Assembly (NCBI GenBank): GCA_951406725.2
Contig: OX597814.1
Location: 189,596,001-189,660,000, forward strand
Length of the DNA stretch: 64,000 nucleotides
Direction of reading: 5' to 3'
DNA from: Octopus vulgaris
Lineage: Eukaryota
Below are positions 53,085-64,000 of this stretch, in pieces. Both the position numbers and the translations under genes were made by a program. Every line of letters begins with the position of its first letter. Position 1 is the first letter of the stretch. The notes under the pieces were generated by a model that had not been told where the DNA came from, made no database searches, and saw nothing but the letters and a program-made list of their open reading frames with translations.

Positions 53085-53789
53085 AGATGATCCGATCAAC
53101 GGAACAGACTGCTCATGAGATTAATGTGTAAGTGGTTGCGCAGTTCACAATCGCACATACCTTTAACGTAGCTCCCAGGAAGATTCAGCGTGACACAGAA
53201 TGTGATCAGGCTGGCCCTTTGAAATACTTGAAATACAGGCACTCTTTTACTCGTTTCAGTCATTTGACTGCGGCCATGCTGGAGCACTGCCTTTAGTCGA
53301 GCAAAGCGACCCCAGGGCTTATTCTTTGTAAGCCTAGTACTTATTCTATCGGTTTATTTTGTCGAACCGCTAAGTTACGGGGACGTAAACACACCAGCAT
53401 CGGTTGTGAAGCGATGTTGGGGGACAAAGACAGACACACAAACACACACGCGCACATATATATATATATATATATACGTATATACGACGGGCTTCTTTCA
53501 GTTTCCGTCTACTAAATCCACTCACAAGGCTTTGGTCTGCCCGAGGCTATAGTAGAAGACACTTGCCCAAGTGCCACGCAGTGGGACTGAGCCTGGAACT
53601 ATGTGGTTGGTAAGCAAGCTACTTACCACACAGCCACTCCAACGCCTATTGTGTACTACTCATTTCTGTTAGGAGAGTAGACTGGAACAGCGTAAAACTA
53701 AGTGTTTTATTCGAGAACACAACTCGCTGCCAGGAATCGAACTCACGACCATACGATCATGAACTGAATATACTAACCACTAAGCCATG
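53085..53789 (-). mobile_element. C/E-head plus D-tail SINE interrupted by a nested SINE A (53243-53648)
   Basis: Head 53655-53789, A copy, then CCTGTATTTCAA..GTTCCGTTGATCGGATCA tail 53085-53240. Confidence 0.85.
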
Positions 53790-54156
53790 TCATAAATCTG
53801 CAAAGAGCGAAGACATACTTGATAATATAGTCCCTGTCTTTTATCTCTTTTTATATACTTGTTTCACTCATTGAACTTCGCCCATCCAGTGACGCTGCAT
53901 CGAAGGCTTTAGTAAAAAAATATCGACCAAGTATTCATGTTTTTTTAAGTCTCGTTCTTTTGTCAAACGACTAAGGTACGAGGACGTAAACAAATCAACA
54001 CCGGTTTTCTATGCGTATGTATCAAATTTATATTATTTAATCTCAACCAAAGCAAGGCTCCATAACCTCACTACCTCCAACTTTGTCGGAATGAGTTTGC
54101 TTAATAATAATAATGTTTGTGACTGTGTATGTGTATACATATATAAATATATGACG

Positions 54157-54547
54157 TGGCACTCAGTCGGTTACGACGACGAGGGTTCCAGTTGATCTGA
54201 TCAACGGAACAGCCTGCTCGTGAAATTAACGTGCAAGCGGCTGAGCACTCCACAGACACATACTTTTCACGTAGTTCTCGAGGAGATTCAGCGTGTCACA
54301 GAGTGTGACAAGGCTGGACCCTTTGAAATACAGGTACAACAGAAAAAGGAAGAAAGAGTGAGAGAAAGTTGTGGTGAAAGAGTACAGCAGGATTCGCAAC
54401 CATCCCCTGCCGGTGCCTCGTGGAACTTTAAGGTGTTTTCGCTCAATAAACACTCACAACGCCCGTAGGATCAAAACCGCGATTCTACGACCGCGATCCT
54501 ACGACCGCAAGTCCGCTGCCCTAACCACTGGGCCATTGCGCCTCCAC
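54157..54547 (-). mobile_element. tRNA-derived SINE family D (about 390 bp)
   Basis: GTGGAGGCGCAATGGCCCAGTGGTTAGGG head; tail CCCTCGTCGTCGTAACCGAC(T/G)GAGTGCCA (isolated tail fragment also at 42127-42157). Confidence 0.9.
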
Positions 54548-54807
54548 GATATAAAATATTTACTTGTAAAGTAAACAGTACTAGTACGGAATAAGGAAGA
54601 ATATATACCGACACAACTCTGTTAGAGGAGTCGAAACACATTTATCTCTTGCCAAGTGATCGTGTAACCGATAACATTTTGTTCTTTAAGTCTCGTTCTT
54701 TTCTCGAACGACTAAGCTACGGGGGATGTAAGCAAGCCAACACCGGTTATGAAATGGTGTTAAAGACATGCATCACACACACACATACATACATATATAC
54801 ACATGAG

Positions 54808-55189
54808 TGTGGAGGCGCAATGGCCCAGTGGTTAGGGCAGTGGACTCGCGGTCGTAGGATCGCAGTTTCGATTCCCAAACCGGGCGTTGTGAGTGTTTAT
54901 TGAGCGAAAACACCTAAAGCCCCACGAGGCTCTGACAGGGATGGTGGTGGTCCCTGCTGTACTCTTTCACCACAACTTTCTCTCACTCTTACTCCCTGTT
55001 TCTGTTGTACCTGTATTTCAAAGGGCCGGCCTTGTCACTCTCTGTGTCACGCTGAATATCCCCGAGAACTACGTTAAGGGTACACGTGTCTGTGGAGTGC
55101 TCAGCCACATACACGTTAATTTCACGAGCAGGCTGTTCCATTGATCGGATCAACCGGAACCCTCGTCGTCGGAACTGACGGAGTGCTTC
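54808..55189 (+). mobile_element. SINE family D, head-to-head with the previous copy
   Basis: Same head, body and tail. Confidence 0.9.
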
Positions 55190-55200
55190 CATTATACACA

Positions 55201-55414
55201 TGAGTGGGTGCTGAAACGTTCCTGGTTTTAAGGGTGTCGCGAAAGGCCTGGCTGGCGGCCCAATCTTCCGAGTTCTTTTACAAATAGGAAAACAGATGGA
55301 CCGCTGCAATAAGTGTGCGGATCCGAGAGGGAAATAAGTTGAATAAAACCATAAGTAACCGATCCTCCTGTATTTTCTTTTACCCAAAGCCAGGAATTTT
55401 CCAGGAACCCTTCG
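55201..55414 (+). mobile_element. Mariner-derived MITE retaining a transposase C-terminal remnant
   Basis: Imperfect TIRs TGAGTGGGTGCTGAAACGTTCCTGGTTTT / AAAGCCAGGAATTTTCCAGGAACCCTTCG followed by TA; about 55299-55346 translates DRCNKCADPRGK*VE*, like the mariner RWxKCxxxxGxYVE end. Confidence 0.7.
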
Positions 55415-55879
55415 TATATGTAAATACATACATAAATGTACCATCGGGTCCAGTCTTAGACAAAAGAAAATTCAAGGACAGATGTATATGTACTACGTGT
55501 GAATATGTGTGTTTCTGTGTCTGTAGATGTTCCTGTGTGTGTGTGTGTGTGTGTGTGTGAGGGAGAGGGAGAGAGAGAGACTAGGTGCGTGCGCGCGTGT
55601 TTGTGTACAAATATTTTAAGTAAGTTGTTGCTTGTGTTTTTATCAAGCCACAGATCGGCCTTCATAGAGGAGACCTAATAATGAAAAGAATTCCAGCCAT
55701 GACCTTCCCCACACATTTTTCGGCTAAGTGGCATCTTACACTTACAAAACAGCAACGATGATTCAATGTTTCCTTCCTTATTTCAAAATGAAAACGCCTT
55801 CCATTCGTCTTGACTGCTGTTTCTAGAAATGCGAGCGAACCTGTGGTTCCTCTTTGGCTCAAACGAACATAAGGATTTT

Positions 55880-56662
55880 GCGTGAGTGTGTGTGTGTGTG
55901 TGCGCATGTTGTAGATGTGTCTGAGTGTGTCTGAGTGTGTGCGTGCATAGTTAAATGTGTTTATGTATCTGTCTGTACGCGTGTGTGTGTATTTGCATGT
56001 GTGTGTGAGTATGTACATGTGTGTAAGTAAGGGTGCATATTTGCATGTGTGTGTGTGTCTGCTCGTGTGTCTGTGTGTATATGTATGTGTGAGAGTATGT
56101 ACGTGTAAGTGTGAGTGTATATTTGCATGTGTGTGTATGTGTGTGTGTATTTGCATGTATGTGTGAATGTGCGTGTATTTGCATGTGTATGTGTGTGTGT
56201 GTATTCTGTGCGTGTGTCTATGTATATATGTATGTGTGAGAGTATGTACGAGTGAGTGTGAGTGTATATTTGCATGTGTGTATATGCAAGTGTGTATTTG
56301 CGTGTATGTGTGAGTGTGTGTGTATCTGCATGTGTGTGTCTGTATTTGCATGTGTGTGCGTATTTGCATCTGTGTGTATGTGTGTGTGTCTAGGTGTATA
56401 TGTATGTGTGAGAGTATGTACGTGTGAGTGTGAGTGTATATTTGCATGTGTGTATATGCATGTGTGTATTTGCGTGTATGTGTGAGTGTGTGTGTATCTG
56501 CATGTGTGTGTCTGTATTTGCATGTGTATGTGTGTGTGTATTTACATATGTGTGTGTGTGTGTGTGTATTTGCCTGTGTGTGTATGTCAGTGTGTGTGTC
56601 TAGGTGTATATGTGTGTGTATCTGCATGTGAGTGTCTGTATTTGCATGTGTGTGTGTGTGTG
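55880..56662. repeat. Complex TG-derived minisatellite (TATTTGCATGTGTG variants) with higher-order duplication
   Basis: TATATGTATGTGTGAGAGTATGTACG recurs at about 56078, 56225, 56397. Confidence 0.85.
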
Positions 56663-57087
56663 TCCTTGATAATATACCAAGTATAAGAACACAGAAATGC
56701 AACAACACAGACCGAACAGTCAGCCTTGTTTCATGTACAGAATACTACACTAGTTTTAAAAGTAGGTTTGTATATGGTGATGCACTTTTATATTACTCTC
56801 TTTCTGCATCCAGCCCCTCCTACTCTTTCATCCTCTCTCTCTTACTCTCTCTCTCTCTCAACGTTCTCATCTTTTCTTTTTCCTTCCTCCCTCTTCTTTC
56901 TTTCTCTCTCCGTCTCAGCAGACGTATACACGCAAACGCAGATTGCATGTGTGTATATGTATGTGTATATGCATAAAAACCTTCGGTTCAATCCAGTAGA
57001 ATTTGAAACTATAAACAATGGAATTGGAGTAGACATACACACAAACAAACAAACAAACACACACACACATATATGAATGTATGTATT

Positions 57088-57145
<58 letters not shown>

Positions 57146-57355
57146 GTATGTATATATATATATATATATATATATTTATGCATATATATATATGTATTTC
57201 TTTGTATACGTCTATGTATAGTATACATGTATGAATATATATATATATATATATATATATTTGCGCATGTGTATGTATATATGTGTGTGTGTATGTATCT
57301 ATATGTATACGAGTATATATATATATATATACACAAACACACATATATATATTTT

Positions 57356-57417
<62 letters not shown>

Positions 57418-57429
57418 GTAATAATAATA

Positions 57430-57486
<57 letters not shown>

Positions 57487-57553
57487 TATGACAACAAAGG
57501 ACGAATGAGACCTCGATATTATGTAAACAGAGGAATTTATCTATAAATATATA

Positions 57554-57710
57554 ATATAGGACAATCAGTTAGTTGTCATAATAATACTCAGAGTTTCAGA
57601 TGCCGTGGCTGAAAGGACATCCTCATCAATGAGACTGATGTGGATGTCCTTTCAACCCCGACATCTGAAAATCTGAGTATTATTATGGCAACTAATTGAT
57701 TGTCCTATAT
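57554..57710. ncRNA. Palindromic element made of two divergent hammerhead-containing arms
   Basis: Minus arm TTGATGA-GGATGTC..GGCATCT-GAAA-CTCTGAG-TA (57585-57629); plus arm CTGATGT-GGATGTC..GACATCT-GAAA-ATCTGAG-TA (57635-57679). Confidence 0.6.
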
Positions 57711-57721
57711 ATATAAATATA

Positions 57722-58157
57722 TTCTTTTACTTGTTTCAGTCATTTGACTGCGGCCATGCTGGAGCACCGCCTTTAGTCGAGCAAATCGACCCTGGGACTT
57801 ATTCTTTGTAAGCCCAGTACTTATTCTATCGATCACTTTTGCCGAACCGCTAAGTGACGGGGACGTAAACACACCAGCATCGGTTGTCAAGCAATGCTAG
57901 AGGGACAAACACAGACACACAAACATATACACACATATACATATATATACATATATACGACAGGCTTCTTTCAGTTTCCGTCTACCAAATCCACTCACAA
58001 GGCTTTGGTCGGCCCGAGGCTATAGCAGAAGACACCTGCCCAAGATGCCACGCAGTGGAACTAAACCCGGAACCATGTGGTTGGTTAGCAGTGGGACTGA
58101 ACCCGGAACCATGTGGTTGGTTAGCAAGCTACTTACCACACAGCCTACTCCTGCGCC

Positions 58158-58158
<1 letters not shown>
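57722..58158 (-). mobile_element. SINE family A with a tandem duplication of about 36 bp in the head
   Basis: GCAGTGG(A/G)ACT(A/G)AACCCGGAACCATGTGGTTGGTTA twice. Confidence 0.9.
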
Positions 58159-58190
<32 letters not shown>

Positions 58191-58423
58191 ATATATATAT
58201 ATATATACACGTTCATGAGTGAGTGTGTCTTAGCGTCGTATGCACGTTTGCTTATGAGTATCATGGTTACATTTGCGTGTATGTTAGTGTGTTTGTATTA
58301 TATTTCCTGTATGTGTATCAAAAGCAGTTTGTTTGACGCTCACTTACAGACAGTGAGACAAGCAGGGGCATAGACGGATAGACACAATAGATAAAGTGCA
58401 TGCCTGCTAGTTCGAATACGTAT

Positions 58424-58912
<489 letters not shown>

Positions 58913-58929
58913 CATACATATATATATAC

Positions 58930-58964
<35 letters not shown>

Positions 58965-59280
58965 GCGAGTTGTGTACATTAGCATCTGTCCTGTTATTTG
59001 CGCACGCGCTTAAGTGTGTTTGTATGTGAATGTACTTATGCAAGCACGCCGTTTGATAGAATTTCCTCTTCGTAATCCTGAGTTCCAGGTCCAACCTTAC
59101 TGCGTGACAACTTGGGCAAGTATAGTGTTTATTACGATAGTCTGGGGCCCCACCTAAGTGCTACGTAGGAAAACTGGGTCGATCTCCAGTAATTCAAAGG
59201 CCAGCCTTGCTTCATACACACACACACACAGACACACATATGCACATATAACACAAACACTCACACTGAAACCTTTCAGT

Positions 59281-59366
<86 letters not shown>

Positions 59367-59927
59367 TACATACACAAACACTTAGGTTGTGTGCGTCATA
59401 TTTATTCTGCGGTATAGTATACGTTTACGGTGCAAATGACAGCGGAGTGCAAATGACAGCCATACTACAATATATTTCAATGGGCTTGTTGTCTTCTTGA
59501 TCGAATATTGACATGCTCCTCCTCGAAAACGACTGAGATCCACTCGTGTACGAGGACGTAGTGTATATTATTGCATATAAAACAAGGCACCAATATTATG
59601 TACAAACTAACACATAAATCAAACTCTCGCACAAATATATACATATGTATGTGAGTACGTGTATATGTATTTATGTATATTTCTATATATATATGTGTGT
59701 GTGTGTGTAAATGTGTTTATATATGTATGCGTGCATGTATATGTGTATATGTGTATATATGTATATATATCAATGTTTACAGATAGATAGATTCCCTATA
59801 TATAGCATAAAGCTAATCTAAACCCGAAAGGGACAGGTTTCTGTCAGTGACTCGCGAAACTTTACCACTCTTAGAGCCGAAACCAAATTGTTGTAAATAA
59901 TACATACATACATACATACATGCATAC

Positions 59928-60000
<73 letters not shown>

Positions 60001-60008
60001 CATATATA

Positions 60009-60054
<46 letters not shown>

Positions 60055-60114
60055 GATCTATATGTATATATATATATGTATATTTATATATATGTATGTA
60101 TGCATGTGTGTATG

Positions 60115-60150
<36 letters not shown>

Positions 60151-60397
60151 TGTATGTATGTATGTATGTATGTATGTATGTATGTATGTATGTATATACA
60201 TACCTCTATACACATGATGTAATACTTTATCGTTAAGTAAACAGCACAAGAGGAGAATAAGGCAGACAATATACAAGAAAATTCCGTCAGCAGAGTTGAA
60301 ACACACACCTAACACTTGCTTTGCGATCGAGCTACCGATTGCATTCAGAGCCCTCTGAAAGAATTTCACTGTGAAACTCATATACGTGTGTGCGTGT

Positions 60398-60512
<115 letters not shown>

Positions 60513-60723
60513 GTATGAGTGCGTGTCTCCCTTCTTGCTCCATAAAAAAAACATCTGCGATTTAGCTATATATATTTATATATATGAAAAAATGAAAGAA
60601 TGGAGTCGATCGAAGATGTTGACAGGTCGCTTCAACCGTGTTTCTGACGTGAATTTGCTACCCAGGTTTCGGTTAAACGAATTTTCCATGCTGACGATAA
60701 ACATAGGATAATTCATTCACCTA

Positions 60724-60789
<66 letters not shown>

Positions 60790-61275
60790 TATATATATAT
60801 ATGACCATCAACCAGCTTTCCTTTCCTCATGTGACCACCCTTCTTTTCCTTTAAACCTTTGCAGAGTTCAGATGCATTCGTACCTGTCTCCTCTCTTTTC
60901 TCTTATATAAGAATTCTCTTCCACCGTTCGCCATCTTAACTCGTCTGAGCATAACGGCCTTCCCTGTTGTATTCGTTTATTTGATTTGGTGTATATCTTG
61001 TTTTTGCTACCAACTTTAACCCTCCGCAAATCCCTAATTTTATAATTTCGGTTCGCGGGACCAACTGCCTTCAAAGTCTTATCTTGTCGATTTATTGGTC
61101 AAAATAAGGAGTAGAAGGACAGCCGACGACTGATGAAGGGTTGTTTTTATGTTACTTGTCTTGTTTTCCATTTGTTTTTCTTGTTTGTTTACGTACCCAA
61201 AGTTACTTTCGTATTTCATGTTGTTTATGACTTGTATATATGACTTGTGCATACCTATATACATAAATATGTATG

Positions 61276-61325
<50 letters not shown>

Positions 61326-61617
61326 TATGTATAATCACTATAAGCAACAAGAATATCCATAGGTAATGCAGTACCTGCATTACCCCTGTATATCCTTGTT
61401 GCTTATTTTGATTATAACCACCCCATTTTGAATTATATGGATAATACCAGGCTAAATTCTGGTGCCTTTAACTTATGTACCGTATACAACTGAATCTAAA
61501 TATATATATATATATATATATAGTTAATCCAAACATGAAAGCACAAAAAAACACAACGCGAGGACGTGGAACAAATATAGTGTTATTGGACGCTCAGGAA
61601 AGAAGGAAAGAAGGAGG

Positions 61618-61652
61618 GATTAACGTTTCGAGCGGAGCTCTTCGTCGGAAAC
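61618..61652 (-). ncRNA. Minimal hammerhead motif (element 61522-61725 in (TA)n)
   Basis: Minus strand GTTT-CCGACGA-A-GAGC-TCC-GCTC-GAAA-CG-TT-AATC. Confidence 0.55.
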
Positions 61653-61923
61653 ATAGAAGAAGGAAAGATCCAGAGAAGGGAAGACAGAGGAAAAAAAATC
61701 GCCAACGGTACACACGCGGTCACATATATATATTTATATATAAATATATGATTTGACTTATTAAACACATTATACTGACTATTTCTATATATATTTTCAT
61801 ACCTATACAAAGTTTCATAAGTAAATTCAAAAGTAAAGTATGCAGAAACAACGTTAGAAATCTTTGGAAATTACTCCAGGTAAAGCACGAGCTCACATGC
61901 ATCCCCAAAATATATGATATATA

Positions 61924-61979
<56 letters not shown>

Positions 61980-62393
61980 TGTGTGTGTGAATACATACTC
62001 ATTCCTTATTTTATTTTACTTGCTTGTATCTTCCCTTAAACTTGCACTCCTTTAGGTGCGTGTGAGTGTATACACGCGTGTGTGTATGTATATATGTATG
62101 ACTATATCCTTATGTGTTTAGTGCATACGTGTTTTTATCACTTGTAAATTTATAATTTTCTCCTTCATATATTCGTTTTTTGCCCCTCTTTTTTTTTATT
62201 GTCTCCGGTACCCTGAACTAGTTTTTGAGTAAGGTAACTCTCTTGAATACACCGACCGGTTCTGTCTGTGATCGCTGTTTTTTCTTTGTGAAGTTCTTTT
62301 TGGATTTTTCTGTGCTTGTATGTACATTTTTTACTTAAATATTTTATCTTTATTCAAACATAGTATTGCCTACCATCTTTAAGCCTCTTGTAA

Positions 62394-62432
<39 letters not shown>

Positions 62433-62789
62433 TTTTCAAATATTAATATGTATACGTAGAACTCTCTATGGATTTTTTTCTACTTGCGAACCTGTTGCGT
62501 TATACTCTACTATACACACGTGGCCTTGTTTACTTTATAATTCTTCTCAACCTGTTACTATTTCTTTAAACATATCCGTAATAATTTAATTTTTATGTTA
62601 TAGTTTTCTGCACATATAAACTTACATACACATTGATATGTCTTTCTTTTTCATCTCTCTCATTTCTCCCTTTTACGACTTGTTTGTAAATATCGATTTT
62701 TCCCTATTACCCCATCTGTATTCTCCCTTATTATATCTTATTTTATTTTATTTCATTAAACCTTTCTTGATGTTCTTTCAAAAATTCCT

Positions 62790-62888
62790 CACACTGATGA
62801 GAATTACAATGCATAAATTTAATTATAATTACTATGATTATAACTTTTTCTTACATATTTGCATTGTCTTTCGAAACGTGCGTATGTA
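62790..62888 (+). ncRNA. Type I hammerhead ribozyme candidate with canonical core and long stem II
   Basis: ACA-CTGATGA-GAATTACAATGCA..TGCATTGTCTTTC-GAAA-CGTGCG-TA-TGT: intact core, near-palindromic stem III, GUA triplet, 3-bp stem I. Confidence 0.65.
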
Positions 62889-62984
62889 TTGAATCCAATT
62901 TTTTGTATTAAATCTAATTTTGATTCAACATCTTTTTTCCTCCATTTTTATACTCGTTAATGGTATATTTATACCTATAATGAA

Positions 62985-63042
<58 letters not shown>

Positions 63043-63061
63043 CTGTGGTAACTCCGACACT

Positions 63062-63500
63062 CAGGCTGTTCATGCTTAGCCCGAGTATAAATTTAGTAAA
63101 TGAACATGTATTTGTAAGCTGATTTAATTTCTGCCAACATTGACTTCAAGTATATAACTGCAGCCAATAACTCGAACTACTTTTATTGAGCCTGGTCATT
63201 CATTTTCGTTCAGCGTCTGGTAGTTGTCATAGAGGTGCCTTAGTAAAAATAGTACCATTTTTAGCAGACGTTCTCTCGACATCGTTCACACGCGCCTGAC
63301 TCGTGCACAGAAGTTACAACCCGAGTTTGTTATCTATAATCGTAAAAAGTAAATGCAATTCAAATTCAATGTTTTCTTGAAACAATAAATTTCTATAGAG
63401 ATTAGGATTTAAATTCCAATCTATGAAAAGTTTCCGGTCTACAATATTCTTAAAGGGACGAAAAATCATCCAGCAACTCGGGCTAATACGAATGAGCCTG
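63062..63500. mobile_element. Possible MITE with 25-bp imperfect TIRs
   Basis: CAGGCTGTTCATGCTTAGCCCGAGT vs reverse complement of ACTCGGGCTAATACGAATGAGCCTG; no TSD found. Confidence 0.45.
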
Positions 63501-64000
63501 GTAGGTGTAAAAGACTAACTGATATATCTTCTCAAGGGTAGAGGCAACAGTCAGATCACTGATGTTTGCTGTATACTCCACTGTCGTTATTTGATTGCTG
63601 TTACTCTGTGTGTCTGTGTGTAAAGATCAGTTGTGTTTTGGAGGGTTGCTTTATTTTTACCCTTAACATAGGAATGGAGAAAGACATAGTGGTAGATATA
63701 AAATATATATATATATTTAAACCAAATTTTCTCAAAACAACTTGTCCGATCTCCTCTTTGAGAAACATTGATTTAACCTAAATTTGAGGCACCAGCAAAA
63801 GAAGAAATAACGATAAACTATTTCTCGCGTACGCGTAGTATCGATGGCAACAGTTGATGTACTTGCGCGTACAAATGCATGTTCCCGCAGATTTATCGAT
63901 CGCATTCTCACATGGAATCGATTTTTGTAATTTTTTCAAGACTTCTACACGCCCTGATATCGTCGGTATCTACATATCAAATTTGAGCGCAATCGGATGG

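Noticed and set aside
54808-54885. SINE heads as tRNA genes
   Set aside because: A/B boxes are present, but there is no proper acceptor stem and they run into SINE bodies in multiple copies.
55662-56708. Longest ORF (348 aa, His/Thr-rich)
   Set aside because: Translation of a TG/CA minisatellite; open in several frames and strands with no domain signal.

Overview
AT-rich, microsatellite-saturated eukaryotic non-coding DNA (intronic or intergenic). The repeat content points to an Octopus-like cephalopod genome; this is inferred from the repeats and not confirmed by search. I find no supportable host protein-coding gene. Almost all listed ORFs are translations of microsatellites or SINEs, and the only clear coding remnants are the 3' end of an RTE-clade LINE and a mariner transposase C-terminus inside a MITE. 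The window holds dozens of tRNA-derived SINEs (my labels A-E) with shuffled head/tail modules, tandem SINE arrays, several MITE/foldback elements and many palindromes. The most notable signal is about a dozen short non-coding elements, mostly embedded in (TA)n arrays, that carry minimal type I hammerhead-ribozyme (HHR) cores (CUGANGA..GAAA, palindromic stem III, covarying stem I) with Penelope/retrozyme-like inverted and partial-tandem architecture. The clearest is a 561-bp permuted monomer at 25818-26695. All alignments and folds were done by eye, and boundaries of degenerate copies are approximate.
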